DNA of 64,000 bases, taken from positions 99,305 through 163,304 of the forward strand of contig JALDTO010000235.1 in NCBI GenBank assembly GCA_023515725.1, written 5' to 3'. The notes under the pieces are model-generated. The model was not told the origin of the DNA and ran no database searches. It saw only the letters and a list, made by a program, of their open reading frames with translations. Of this stretch, positions 11,492 through 27,686 are shown piece by piece; position 1 is the first letter of the stretch; each line of letters opens with the position of its first letter. Made by a program: the position numbers and the translations under genes. This DNA comes from Amoeboaphelidium protococcarum X5 (Eukaryota > Fungi > Aphelidiomycota).

Positions 11492-12775
11492 ACTTTTAAT
11501 AATGCACTAGTTCTGTCGTTTCAATAAATTAAAATGAGAAATTATACGATATAGCAACTGATAAATCACGACAAATACACAATGATATTAAGCAATTTAG
11601 AAACAGCGTATGTCGATTGAATTGAACGGTGAAAGAACAAAAGGGGAACGACACTTAGTTCTGTGCAACAGACGAACGTTCTCAAAGAGCGTGCGAGAGA
11701 TTTTCGTTTTACGCCAAATTAGGCGCGAGTGTTTTCAAAGACGCGCTGTCTTGTATCCTCCACCAATATTCATTTGATACATTTAATCTGTATTTAGTTT
11801 TTTTTAAGTACTGTATTATGTAATAGTTTAGCAATTATAAGCATTCACCATGTTTACTTATTGTTGAAATGTCCAGAATAGTAGCCAAATTCGCTGGCAA
11901 AATCTTCAGTGGTCCTCAACTATCATAAGCTATCAGGTTCATGGCTAGATATTTTGGAACTCTCAAGCAGTGATTGACTGCCTACCAACTATACAACAAA
12001 AACATTAGCCACTCAATTACGCGATAGTGTTGATATTATTGATTGCACACAAGATTGACCACTCACAATGATGAGTGTTTGACAATAACTGAGACTCGCC
12101 GTGCAATGCCTTTACCCATATAGATTTATTACTCCTTTTCACTAAAGATTATTCATTTCAGTGTATAAGCTATGGACATAGTAATTTTTAACGTTTCATT
12201 ACGCTTCCTCATCGAGTAAATGCTCAAACTAGGTGCAACCTGCTCTAGAGTTCCCAAAGTAGTCGCCACCTATTTTGGCTTCTGGAATCACGTGTAAAAG
12301 TGCTGCAACCGTCAGACAATGACTTAAACCTCATTTATAATAAATAAATGAAGATTCGTAGCAGTTCTTTGCGAAAATATTGAAAATAGTGGTTTTACAC
12401 TTGAATGATTTCAGTACACACGTCCGTCATGACGACACGTAAAGAACGGCATGTTTAGAGACAGGATCCACAAGCAAAAGATATTCTTTAGAACTGAGCC
12501 GCGTAGAAAAGTTTTCAAACTAGAAGATCGCCTCAAGAACGCGGCCGGTGCAAGGCGTCCGCTACTACAGGTGCCGCGCCTCAATATTCTAATCCCATAC
12601 TTATCATTTACATTTACGTCAGAAAGCATACAAATTAAAATAAAATCTAAAGAGAATCTTTTAATAAAAGTAAAAGCATAAAACAAAAGCAATAATAATA
12701 ATTGGGCAAATAGTGTTTCTATTGAAACTTGCATGGGGTGGCAAACGAGTGACATGTTCATATAGGCATCATCTC

Positions 12776-13358
<583 letters not shown>

Positions 13359-13967
13359 TCAAAACGTGACAAATGATGTAAAGCCTATTAAGCGTAAATC
13401 GGTAAAATTGTCAGCTGGCGAAAAAGAATGGGGAAATGCGGGCGCTCTTTGCGTATTGAATTGACGCGATCTCTCTCAGTCAATTTCTCTCGCTGAGGGC
13501 ACATGAGGGAACGACGACGAAAAGAATAAGATGGAACTTCGAGATAGCGTCACACACGCTGAAGGACGGAGCTCACATGACGATTAAATGACATTATGGT
13601 GTTTCAAGTTTGACGATTAAGGATTTGCAAAGACACTAAAAATATTTCTGTTTCAGAATTATAATTGTGTAAAAAGTGCCCTCATTGAATTTCCAATTAA
13701 GCTATTGTCCATTTGGTGTATGCCCCCTATTTATTGATATCTTATTATGACCACGCCTTCTTAAAATACGCGTTGAGCCATACAAAAAGTATCGATTTTC
13801 ACTCACATATTAGATAGATAGACACATCACGGTTAAATTTGAGCTTAGACTCTTTTAATAATCCCAGATAAGAAAGTTTCGCGTGACATTTGCCTTTCAT
13901 TTTTTTATTCATTTCTTGTGCCTAAATTGCTTTGCAGTTTCACTTGGATATATAGTAGAAAAGTGAG

Positions 13968-15563
13968 ATGACTAAGAGCGTTTTTCCTTCTCCTTATTAG
14001 CTGGATGTTGGCGCATCTATTCCAGAAAATATAACCCATGCCGTGTCAGTGTCTTTGCCGACGTTCCAATCGACTGTGGATTATGAAGAAGGAAAATTGA
14101 AGATCAAGTCTGGCTATCCTCGATTTGTACTATCTTCAAACATTGTCAAGCTAAGCTAGATGATTCTGGATGCGTAGTAAACTGATACTGGTGTTAAAAG
14201 TGCTTTAAAATCTGCATTTCTGTATCCAACCATGTAATCTGCCAATCGCTGTCTGCACTTTATTCAGTCACGACATGAACTCGGTGATGAAGATACTGTT
14301 GAAATTTCCAAGTATAGCGACATGTGTTTTGCGGTGGTCATTAACTGTGGTGAATATAGCTCATATAACGCGTTGTTCTATCTTGCTAAAAGCTTCTGGT
14401 AGCATTGCGGTGAAGGTATATCTTCAAGGCTCGCAGACTACACTTTGTCGTTGGATGATGGCAATGGAAGAGTGGCGTCATCACCAATTTCTATCAGAGA
14501 GTCGTCTCTATTTATGCAACAAGTCAAAGAAATTTTGGAGAGATTATATTTCGGAGCAGATGATACTCAAAACTAGGTGTTCTTAGCTCCATCCGGGATG
14601 TCTGCCATCTACTCTGTTCACAGAGCTTTGACGCAGCATAGATGTCGCAATTCCATATAATACGGTTTTCCTTATCTGGACACGTTGAAGTTGTAATAAA
14701 AGTTTAATATGAAGTGCCATCACATCATAGCTAATGATAATGTAAATGGACTGGAATCGTTGAAATCAGCTTTGTTAGAAGATGCGAATGTGGCGTTTGT
14801 TATTACCGAAGTTCCGTCTAATCCTCTGTTAGAGTGTCCTCCACTTGATAAAATTTACGCGTTGTGCCAGTAATTCAATGTCCCATTGATTGTGGATGAT
14901 ACAATAAGTGGCCCTGTGTGTTTGCCTCTCGTTTTGAAAAATTGCGATGCGGTAGTGTCCAGTCTAACCAAGTTAGTATCTGGTGGATGCAATGTAATGT
15001 CTGGTGGTATCATTCTAAATTCGTAAAGTTAACATTTCACTGCTTTAAAAGAGTTTATGCTTTAATATGAGCTGGAGCAGAACCTATGGTGGTAAGATTT
15101 AGAAGTGCTTGGTTTACAGGCTCAAGATTATGAACAGAGAGCTTTACTATGTTCCAAAAATGCGGAGGCAGTTGCAAACTTTTTAACAAATCATCCAGCA
15201 GTAGATAAAGTATTCTATCCAAAGTTTAATAGTACTGACGAGTATCATCAGCTGAGTGGCGTTCATCGTTACTACGGTCCAGTTCTATCTGTAGTCCTGA
15301 AGCAGCCAGAGATTAACACTGCCAAGTTTTATGACGCCTTACCGGCCCCATACGTGTATAAAGGTCCATCTCTTGGTGCCAACTTTACACTCTGCTGTCT
15401 GTACACTTTATTGGCTCATTATGGCGAACTTGACACTGTCGAACAGTTCACCGATGGCAAAGTGTCGCGTTATCTGATCAGATTCAGTATTGGATGCGAC
15501 GAGTTTTCCTCACCTCAGCAATTAATTCCCATTCTTAGACAAGTTCTTGACTCGTTATTGTGA
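13968..15563 (+). CDS. STR2: Cystathionine gamma-synthase (Str2-type PLP enzyme)
   Basis: HAVSVSLP, SGYPRF, EVPSNPLL, VSSLTK, KGPSLGANFTL..YTLLAHY; single exon. Confidence 0.85.
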
Positions 15564-15781
15564 TTCAAGGTATACTTTAGTTAAAATAAAGTTTTCTGCC
15601 ATTTAAATTTCTTTTTCGAAGTCTTACTCTAAATTCTTATACTCTGTTCAGCCAGAACTTGTCTTTGTTTCGCGTCGTCTAAAACGTTCGTGCATTCGAT
15701 AACTCTTTTCGTCGCCTAAAACTTTCTAACGAACGAACAGTTCTCAGCCGGTACTTTCTTAGTAAAGAAACGACTAGCATA

Positions 15782-17424
15782 ATGGCCAACATGGAAGTTG
15801 AACAATAATAAGAGAAGAGTCAACAGAAGCAGCATACTTTTAGCTCTGGTATGTCGTTATTTGTTTCTTATTATAAACTTGAATGATTATTGTTAATGCT
15901 TTACGAATGTATGTGTAGCTATGAAGTAGTGTGTCGAGTTGGTGGAGAAGGCTGTCACTCAGTTGGATAAAAAGTATGCGTCACGAGCTTTGCGTGGACT
16001 CCCATACTTGAGAAAGTAAATCACCTTGGAAAAGTTACAACATGCAGTCTCAGTCTATGTGTAAAATGAAGAAGTCTCTTCAGTTCTTAGTAGCACTGTT
16101 CAGGTAATTATTGTCTAAGTATCTGATTGCAATTTTCATAAATTATTATTCAATTCAAGTATTAGTGTAGACGGCTGCTGCTTCTATGGATGTCGACAAT
16201 TCTTAACATACCACTCAGCGTGCTGCGGCAGAAGTATCAATGTTCGTAGCATTGGTTGCCTTGGTCTATTTAATTGATAGTGGAAAGAAGAGCGAGTCTT
16301 TGGCTCTGTCCTAGAAGTTGGTAAACCTCGTTCCCTCTCTTAATAGAAGAATGCTGGACCCATTTGCAGCATAAATCTTCTTCTATTATGCCAGAGCCGT
16401 TGAACTATTTGGTTAACCAGAGACTGTCCGTAATGTTCTATTGGCCGCGCAGAGATTCGCCGTGTTGCGTCATGACGAGCACTGTGAGGCGATGCTGATT
16501 AATCTGATTCTACGCAATTATCTTCACTATAATTTGTATGATTAGGCGGAGAAATTTGCTGAAAAGGCTCAATTTCCTGAAAAGGCTCAGAATGCAGAGT
16601 CTTCCCGTTACATGTTCTACATGGGAAAGATCAAGACGATCGGTTTGAAGTACAGTGAAGGCAGAGATTATCTGTTGCAGGCTATTCGTAAAGCTCCGTC
16701 TGGTATTTTGCTGGACAAGGTTGCTGATGCTGAAAAGTATGCACAGTCTGCCGTCAAGAGCAAAGGATCCATTGGTTTCCTTCAGACTGCTTAAAAGTAT
16801 TATGTTACTGTGCAGTTGCTGATGGGAGAGATTCCTAGCCGTGCGGACTTTCGCGTTCCCATCTTGAAGCAGTGCTTAGAGCCGTACTATCATCTGACAA
16901 TGTCCATGAGAAGCGGTGATCTGAGCGGTTTTCAGAATGCTCTGTCAAAGTACGGTTAGTAGCTGTAGAAGGATGGTACTCTCTCCCTGGTGCAGAGACT
17001 GCGTCATAATGTCATAAAGACTGGTATCCGTATCATCAGCTTGTCTTACTCTAAAATCAGTCTGCGTGATATTTGTATGAAACTACGCCTGGACAGTGAG
17101 GAGGATGCCGAGTACATTGTGGCCAAGGCAATTAATGATGGTGTTATCGATGCCACGATTAATCATCAGCAAGGCTATGTGCAAAACAAGGAGAATAGCA
17201 ACATTTACTGTACCACTGAGCCACAGAAAGCTTTCAACTAGCGCATATAGTTCTGCCTGAACTTGCATCAGGAGACGGTGAAAGCATTGCGTTATGACAC
17301 TGAGAAGAACAAGAAGAAGGAAATTGATGAGGAGAAGGCGAACGAACAGGCCGTGCTGGAAGCTGAACTGGCAGAGTTGGATGAAGGAGATTTTGACGAT
17401 GAAGACGATGACATGGGATTCTGA
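15782..17424 (+). CDS. RPN3: 26S proteasome lid subunit Rpn3/PSMD3
   Basis: [52 protein letters not shown]; introns 15849-15918 and 16104-16170. Confidence 0.95.
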
Positions 17425-18100
17425 TTGTGAAGTGAATGCATTAAGTAAGCTGAGGTGTCTGTGTAGTGATTGCGAATTACGGAGCGATGCTAATTAAGTA
17501 TCTATTTTTACTATTTTATGGTTAGAAAGAAATGGTTTATAATATTTGGGAAAATATTTATGCGCACCAGATTGTCAACGTGTCACGGTAGGTGAATATC
17601 AATAAAGATATCGACACATTTGACTTTAATCAGATAACGCATCGCAACACGCCAGTACGCACAGAAGGGAAGCATAAGCAAGCACAGACATGATAACCAT
17701 AACTGGTGCTGCAACTGAGCGTTCCCATTCTTAAAATGTGCAACTACTAGACGCGTCACTGAGATTTTGCACAATAATGACCCATTCAACTGCAACGGAT
17801 AGCATGTAAGTGCTATTGAGATACATGACTCGCATCTCTGCAATTGGACTTAAGAGTTGTGCTTAGGGATATTTGTCATATATCACGTTTTCATTAATCA
17901 CATCCGATGATAAGTGGAAATGATAAATGATAAGAATGATCATGTTCAAATCTATATTGAAATGATTGAATGAAAAGAGTGAAAGAGTAAAGATTGACGG
18001 GATAAAAGAGAGCAACAATAAGAGAGAAACAACAGTATACATACACATGACGGTAATCATGAAAACTTCCTTAAGCAACCACGAGTCGTTGTCCACAAAA

Positions 18101-18514
18101 TCATGACGATTATGGCTATTCCTATTCAGCAGTGAATCCCAAATTCTCAAATTGATCAGGTTCCATCAGCTTCCTACACTAAAATACGGGTCATTACGTT
18201 TATGATGAAATAATATAGTACGCGACATGCTAGTAACATCTCACCTATCCATTCTACATTACAGGTATTCTTTCGATATATCACGACATTTCTCAATAGA
18301 TCCTTTATTCTTCTTTATACATTTCATATATTTTTGTGCCAAATCTTTGCATAATCCTACTTAAACTTATCAAATTTCATAAGCATCATATCAGATATCA
18401 CCGGACAATGTAATCAAAATTACCATTTTTATCTAGTGGAAATGATCCGCGCTATGGAGGTTTTGGTGTATATCGCTCAGACGCAGTTGAATACGAAATG
18501 ATGGTAGATGACAT
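18101..18514 (-). CDS. COX19: Cytochrome c oxidase assembly factor Cox19 (twin CX9C)
   Basis: Spliced product PPQRGSFPLDKNGLCKDLAQKYMKCIKKNKGSIEKCRDISKEYLQCRMDRKLM..LGF; introns 18357-18423 and 18174-18244; absent from the ORF track. Confidence 0.9.
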
Positions 18515-18611
18515 GATACGTAATTAAAGTTCGCTTTCAATAACTTTTTGCATCGAAATAAGATTAAACCTATAGGAGTCGCTCTCTCTCTCGCTAGCGA
18601 TTACAGCAGAA

Positions 18612-19553
18612 ATGAAAGTTGAATCTATCAAGTTAAGTAACGGCGTATCATTACCATAACTAGGACTTGGAACGTACCGATTAAAAGGAGAAGACGCGCA
18701 TAGAGTTGTGTACGATGCTTTAATATTGGGATATCGGTGCATTGACACTGCGGCTGTGTACAGGAACGAGGAGCAGGTTGGACAGGCAATCCGTAAATGG
18801 ATATAAGATGATCCTGAACAAAATCGATACGATGACTTATTCATTACTACAAAGCTAGGTAAGATACATTCATCGACTATCAGAGACTATAATTATAACG
18901 TCAGATGTGTAGCACCTAAAGATCATGGGGAGTTGGCATATGATGCTCTGCAATCATCAATCTAAAGGCTGGGTGTTCCGTATGTCAAGTGTTTGATGAT
19001 TCACTGGCCCGCTGTTAAAGGGCTGAAACATGATGACGCGAGAAACAGTGAGATGCGCGCACAATCTTATGCGGCCATTGAGCGGCTGTATACTGAAGGA
19101 CTCTGCCGATGTATTAGTCTATCAAACTATGAGATTAGGCATATTGAGGAGGTTTTGCGGACGTGTACGATTAAGCCTCATTTGTTACAATTTGAATTGC
19201 ATCCTCTATATGTATAGACTGAACTAGTCTAGTTTTGTCGATAACATTAAATACATGTACAAGCATACTCTTCATTTGGTGAAGGCAAGTTGGTTAATGG
19301 CGAGATCAATTTGAAATCTCTGTCTGAAATTGCCGTTGCTCATAAAGTAACCTCCGCTCAAGTTTTACTTGCGTGGGCTTTAACTTAGCATATATCAGTG
19401 ATACCAAAAAGTTCTTCTAGTTAAAGATTACGCGAGAACTTGATGATCGATTGTGAATTGAGGTCTTTGACTGATTCACAAATGAGCCTCATCAATGATG
19501 AATGTTAATTTATCCGGTAGAAATTCTGTTGGGATCCCTCTAAAGTTAAATGA
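18612..19553 (+). CDS. Aldo/keto reductase
   Basis: [41 protein letters not shown]; intron 18859-18912. Confidence 0.92.
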
Positions 19554-19788
19554 AATATATTTATACATACCTATATGCATATATATATATATATTATTTT
19601 TAAATAGTGATAATCTCTGTACTTTAGTGATTAACGTATCATCATCTTTGGTTTCACACAACTGCCAACTCGTGATCGTTTCACCTCGAAATCTTCAGTT
19701 GTGATCTTTTTGTTCTGTTTCTTTGTTTCAATTTACAGCAAAGCTCTTGTTTCTTGTAAATTACCGGACGGCCATACACTTGAACATT

Positions 19789-21399
19789 ATGTCGATATCA
19801 TCTATTAACAAGTCACCGAGAATTGTGACGGAGAACGAGTAGACTTTGGGGCCGCTGCCTAAAGGCTGGGAGAAGCACTAGACAGCTGATGGCAAGTCAT
19901 ATTTTGTAGAGTAGGGATTATATTTGATTGTTTCAAGAAGTATCATCATAATTATTTCAATGTAATCGCATATGTGTAGTTTTGCTAACAAGTCCACCAC
20001 CTGGGCTGATCCAAGAACTAAAAAGACTAGAAAGACTGATATGGCTCAAGTGTTGCATGGCGAAATTCCATACGGCTGGGAGGCTGCAACTTCCCCTCAA
20101 TGTGGAGTGTATTACATTGACCACTTGACTCAGACGGTCTATTATGATCCGCCATGGGATAACAGAGTGCAGAAGCACAATGCAGCTCTGAGAGACTATT
20201 TGTCGAAGGAGTAGAAACGTTTGGATAATTGGAACAAGGCACTGCTGGCACAGCAGGGTCTATCTCCTAGTTAGAATATTATGAGCTCATCTCCCGTTAA
20301 TGCTTCATCTTCTCCTATGCTTTCCACATCAATCGGTCACACCGGACCTTCTAGCAGACAGCATCAAGGTGAGTCTAGTCCTCTCCGCTAAGCAATGGTG
20401 GCCGCTACATCTGATTAAAGCTTGTCTCAGGATGCTGAAGATTCCCAAGCATCTGCATAGCCTGAGAGCAAGTAGCCTGCAGTAGTGGCTGCTTAAGATG
20501 AGGTGAAGTAAACTTCCGAACCAGTAGTAAGTAATGATTAGCCGGTCTCTGAAACGGCTAAAAGTGATGTCACAAAAGACACTGCTCCTGTTAAGTAGAG
20601 CCAATAGACTGAGGATATAAAAGCGGCCGATAGTAAGACTTAAGCCACACCAGTTGAAAATACGAAACCTTCTTCAGATCAACATCATGCAGAGGTATAA
20701 CAGGTTCAAATTGGCAAAGATTTTTTGCAAAAGAATGAGGATATTGCCGTTAAAGTCGCTTCTGATAAAAATGGTGTTGTTGTGGAATCTAAAGCTGTGG
20801 GTCAAGACACTACTTAGAATGTCAATTAGGAACAGTCAAAAGAGCAGAATGTATCTGATTAAAAACCCTCTGTGACCAATACTGCTTAGAACGACTTCTC
20901 TGTAACTGATAGTGTTCCAAACAATGTTGAAGAGGTTGATAGTAGTCCAGCTGTATAATCTCAACAGCAAGATGAGGTTACTAAAGAGAATGCCAAAAGC
21001 GACGCCATGCCTGTTATTGCAAGCACAGTTTAATAAGAAAATGAAAATAATTTGCCACCGAAATCTGTACCTGCTGACAGCTCTGCGTAGGTGGATGTAA
21101 AATAGCCTGAAGTCTAGGTGCCTGAGTCTGTATTAAATGATTTGAGCCGCGATTTGAGTATTTTGATGGCCAAGAAGAGATTATTGAACAGCAGCCAAGA
21201 CACTGCAAGCCCAGTTGAAAAGTCATTCAAGTTGAACGAATCTCCAGAGTGGATAAAGTCTCAAGTTGGTAAATTCGCTGGCGCAGATAATAACACTGAG
21301 AAGGTGAAGATGGAAATTCAAGCGACTGAAATTGATTCTAATGTAATCTCTAAAGAAGCAATAACCATCAACATTGTTCAACATCAAAAGTCCAACTGA
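19789..21399 (+). CDS. Tandem WW-domain protein with low-complexity tail
   Basis: PLPKGWEKHQTADGKSYFVDFANKSTTWADPR and IPYGWEAATSPQCGVYYIDHLTQTVYYDPP; intron 19911-19979. Confidence 0.82.
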
Positions 21400-21914
21400 G
21401 CGGAATCTTGGGCGCCAAATAATGATATGATTTGTGGAATCTTAATTTTGTGTTAAGCCTTGAATACTTTGAATTTATTCTCAATTTGATTTAGACACCC
21501 TTAAATATCCACAGATTCATCCAGATTGTCCATGGGGAACTTTTCGATCAAGTTTAACAATTCATCTCTGAGTTTCTCTAATCGTCTACACATTCAAGAT
21601 CAAAGTCGAGATTAGATGCATTAATTCTTCTGGATGCAAAATGCATTCAATATTACTCTTCGCAAGTGGGTAATAGAGTGAGATAGTGCTTGATATATCC
21701 AATCTGAGAGTATATGCCAAGTGATCGAGAATATCCCATCTGAAATCCGCTTTCCAGACCATTTACACGACCTTACTCTAATCCATCCTAGAATCCACTC
21801 TCCATCAATCTACACACACATCACCTAATTATATTATCAATTTAGAATATTCTTTCTATACGGGCAATCAGTACTAAATTACTCTTCATCAATATCGAAA
21901 TCCGCGTTATCCAT
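21384..21914 (-). CDS. LTO1: Lto1/ORAOV1-like deca-GX3 protein (ABCE1 maturation factor)
   Basis: Spliced GFQDGLEQGRVNGLESGFQMG repeat, FPMDN..DIQGCLNQIENKFK; introns 21810-21882 and 21586-21656; absent from the ORF track. Confidence 0.72.
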
Positions 21915-22141
21915 GATTAATTTGGTCTGACGGTGCCTTTATTGAATCAAGAGAGAGAACTAATCAATTATCTTTCGTTGTTTTTCAAATCTCAAAATTT
22001 TTTTTCCGTCTTCTTTTGTTTCAACTCTTTTATTGTTATGCACAGAGCAGAGGCCTTTCATTATACTTTAATCGTCTACTTCCACATTAATTTTGAGACA
22101 TAAGTCTTATAAAAAAATTCGTATAACTTATAATAATAGAT

Positions 22142-25100
22142 ATGCCTACTGCAACTGATACTGCCAAGAAGAATGTTGTTGATGAGTTTCAAGATTTGAC
22201 TTACATCGAGAATGTGACCGATGGATCTGTTGCTGATGCCTTGGTGTCTAGATTCAACCATAATTAGATTTACACTTCCGTTGGGGATCTGATAATATCT
22301 CTAAATCCGTTTAAAGAACTGCCCATTTATGATAAAGATTATATGGAAAAGTATATGGGCAAGAATGTTCACTCCCTCCCACCTCACATTTACTAGATTG
22401 CAGATAGTGCTTACAAGTCAATGAGAGATCGGGCGCAGGATCAGTGTGTTCTCATCAGTGGAGTCAGCGGTGCTGGAAAGACTGAGGCGAGTAAGATTAT
22501 CATGAAATACATGGCCCAGGTGTCTGTTAACAAGAAGACTGCCGGAACTGTGAGTAATCATATCCTGTCTGCGAATCCGTGTCTTGAAGCTTTTGGTAAT
22601 GCCAAGACTGCCTCTAATGGTAACTCTTCCAGATTTGGAAAATATATGGATTTGCAGTTCAATTATAAAGGTGAGCCTGTTGGTGGTAAGATTTCTTGTT
22701 ATCTCCTGGAAAAGTCTCGTGTTGTTCATCAGTCTGAGGGTGAACGTTCCTTTCATATCTTTTATTAGCTGGTTGCATGTAAAGATGAATAAATTACGAG
22801 TATCACCAAGTTATCAGGCGGTATCACAGATTATAAATTGCTATCAAAGCATTTGACTGAATCGTCGTCTGCGAATGATTTTCTATTGAAGGATAATGAA
22901 GATTTTATCAAGACTAGAGCTGCGTTAGTTGAACTTGGCTTGTCTGATGAAGAGTAGCGTTCTCTCTTTCAATGTGTCGCCGCTGTGCTTCACTTGGGAA
23001 ATGTATAATTTGATGTCCTGAATACAGATGGTGGCTAGGCTGAAGTTGTCATTTCTGATGAGTAATCAAAGTAAGCCCTGAATCTATGTGCTGAAATACT
23101 TGGCGTTGATGGTCAGGTGCTACAAACTGCTCTTATGAAGAGAGTGGTGAAAGATGCGAAAAAGAGCGGACAAGATATGGTGGTGAGTCTCAGCTTGCAG
23201 CAATGTATTAGTTAGAGAGTTGCTTTTACCAAGACTTTATATGGTAGAGTATTCGATTGGCTGGTCACGCGTATCAATTCCATAATATCCGTGCCTCATG
23301 AAAAGAATATGAATTATATTGGCGTGCTGGATCTTGCTGGATTTGAAGTGTTGAATCGTAATGGCTTTGAGTAATTATGCATTAACTATTGTAATGAGAA
23401 GCTGTAGCAGTTATTCATTGATCTCACCATTGTGCAAGAGTAGAATGATTATAAGTAGGAGGGAATATCATGGTAGGAGGTGTCCTTCTTCAACAATCTG
23501 CCAGTGTGTGAACTGATTGAGGCCAAGTAGAAGAGTATGTTTACTATTCTGAATGAGGAATGTGTAAGGCCTGGAGATGTATCGGATGTCACGCTGTTGG
23601 ATAAATTCAATTCTGCTTTCGGTAGTAATTAGTTCTTTGACAGTAGGGAGAAATCGAAATCTGACAAGACTTTAGAAGTTGATCAATTTAGAATTACACA
23701 TTATGCTGGTATAGTCACCTACACTGTTAAAGGTTTCCTGGAGAAAAATTCTGACAAGCTCTATAGAGATGTCCTGTTTGCTCTCAACACTTCAAATAAA
23801 GCGTTTGTGCGTGATCTATTTCCAGAGAGTGAGCGTTTGGATAACACCAAAAAGTCTGAAACTTTATGTGTTTAGTTTAGATATTAGATTAATTCGCTAT
23901 TGGATAATATCAAGTAAAAGACGCCTCACTACCTTCGATGCCTGCTGTCTAATAGTTCTCAGTAGCCTGATGTGTGTGACGTTGAACTGTTAACTAGTTA
24001 GATCAAGTAAATCGGCCTGGTATAGACGGTGTAAATTCGAAAAGTTGGATACATTTTTAGATAGAGATTGGAGGCTTTTCTTAACAAGTACAAGAGCTTG
24101 AATGACAAGACTTGGCCCACGTATAATGGGGAAGTTCGAGATGGAGTTTTACTTTTACTGAAGGATCTTATTCCCGCGAATTAGTATGTTGTTGGTAAGA
24201 CCAAGCTGTTCATCAAGTCTCCAGTATGCTTGCAAAGACTAGATAAGCTACTAGCTAATAAGAATCACGTATTTGCAGATATTATTAGGCGTCGCTGGTT
24301 ATCTCATCGGTAGAGGATCATCTATCTGAAATAAAGATAGGCTGCTACTAAGATTGCTGCCACCTACAAGATGCATCGATAGAAGCGAAAGTATCGAAAA
24401 GATTTGAAGGACATGAAGATTGTTAGTCGCACAATCAAAGGCCACATTGCGCGTAAGAAGTACATCTAGAATAAGCAGAAGAAGAATAAAAAGCATGCCG
24501 TTACTGTCATTTAAAGATTTTGGAAATTGAGGTTGTTGCAGTTCTTCATCAAAGGCCCTGTCCGTTCAGCTGTTATAGAAGCAGGAGATCATTGGCGGTA
24601 TATTCAATGGCCGTCTACCACCAAGTCTCTTAAATCAGCCAGTGATGCTCTAAATCACTTTTACCGGGTGGTCAAAGCACGTGAATACCGTAAGAATCTA
24701 GGCGAAGAAATGAATGATATTCTGGAGTGGAAGTTTCATGCTTAGAGTCATCTCAATGCAAAAGCTGGATTCAAGACGACTGCTCTCACCTGTTTTCCAG
24801 CTGATGAAGCTGGATTGTACTAGATGAAGAAATGGCAAACTCATGAATTACATTCAACTGGCTTTATGTGTGCATATAAAGTCGCCAAACATAATCGTTC
24901 TAATCCAGTTACCACATCCGATCGTATATTATTGGTGAACACGTCAGATATTGTTGTACTTGAGACTGATTCCCTGAGGATTAAAGAGAAATTTCTGCTG
25001 AAGGATTTGAAATTCGTCTATATGAGTCCTTTGAGTGATTGTTTCGTGGTTTTAATTGCAGATACTAAATCTCCTAACTACAATGGCGATCTGGCTCTGA

Positions 25101-25339
25101 GTTGCAGGTCATTGATCAGTGCTATCGGTCTGGGATCGCGTATAACAATGCTGGCCAGGCGGTATTAAAGCACTCCACTTCCGCTGTCACTAGTCGAGAG
25201 TTGTGACGTGAACTTTTCAGCGACACCTAAAGAGGCTTAGCGGCGGTTCAAGTTTGTGAGTGACAAGTCAGTCAAAGGCGTCAAGCTGGAGTCTAAAGGC
25301 AAGGAGATTTTTGTAAAGGTTGAACCAAGAGTGAACTGA
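22142..25339 (+). CDS. Divergent short-tailed class I myosin (motor, IQ repeats, TH1-like tail, no SH3), 1065 aa
   Basis: [60 protein letters not shown]-like motifs, basic TH1-like tail. Confidence 0.85.
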
Positions 25340-25744
25340 TATTAGAAGTGAATACTTTAACTGTTTTTATATTAAAGATACGTTGTTTTGTTTTCTCGAT
25401 TACAGTAGATCTGTTGAGATTTCATTTTCCTATCGCGATACGACTAGCTCACACTCAGGTTAAGACGTCAAAGCAGTACATATCAGATAATTGACATGGT
25501 ATACAACTAATCAGCCATAAATAATGTTAAGAGTGCAAGCATCACTTCTCAGTTGCCATGCTTCTGTAATGCTCAGACACACTGCGCGACGATCAACGAT
25601 GAAATGTTAAGCTTTCAAACAACAAACGGATCTCCTTCTCTTACTCACTCAGCTTCAATATATAACACTTTTTGAAACAAATCGCCGCTTTAGTAAAATT
25701 GCCACAAAAGAGATCGTCGTTGTAAAACGTCAATAACAATAATA

Positions 25745-27247
<1,503 letters not shown>

Positions 27248-27686
27248 TGATGATTATGTGATGCTTTAAGATAGACGTGGTTTATTTGTGTACAATGATG
27301 TTAGTCTCTTTTATTTGTCCTTTATCTACCTACTTGAGTCGAGCTTGTATCAAATCAATAATCAATAAATTGTTCGTATAGATAACGATAGATGAGAAAT
27401 GCAGATCAAACTTGGAACGGTAATGACTAGAGAAATCACTTACACAATACTGGATTATTGCAACTTGTGCATGCGTTCTATATACATGATAGAAAGCTAT
27501 GGTAGTACTCTATTGCAAATATGAAAACATATCTTCTTTCATCCAACCATTCATTAATTGGCTCTCACCCCTGAAGTTATTCATTCAATCTTGATCAAAC
27601 TGATTTGTTCAGGCCTGAAACTTGCTCCTGCTGAATTTTCTAAAGTTTCTATTTGATCATATAATAACAGCCTGTCAGCCATTAGA

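Noticed and set aside
17599-18150. Hydrophobic minus-strand ORF downstream of COX19
   Set aside because: No recognisable homology, and its upper part overlaps the last COX19 exon in another frame; unsupported
19765-19800. 5S-like GGCCATAC
   Set aside because: No further 5S similarity; it lies in the 5' leader of the WW gene
25496-25675. Upstream in-frame ATG for the CAMK-group kinase
   Set aside because: In-frame TGA near 25673; ATG 25745 used instead
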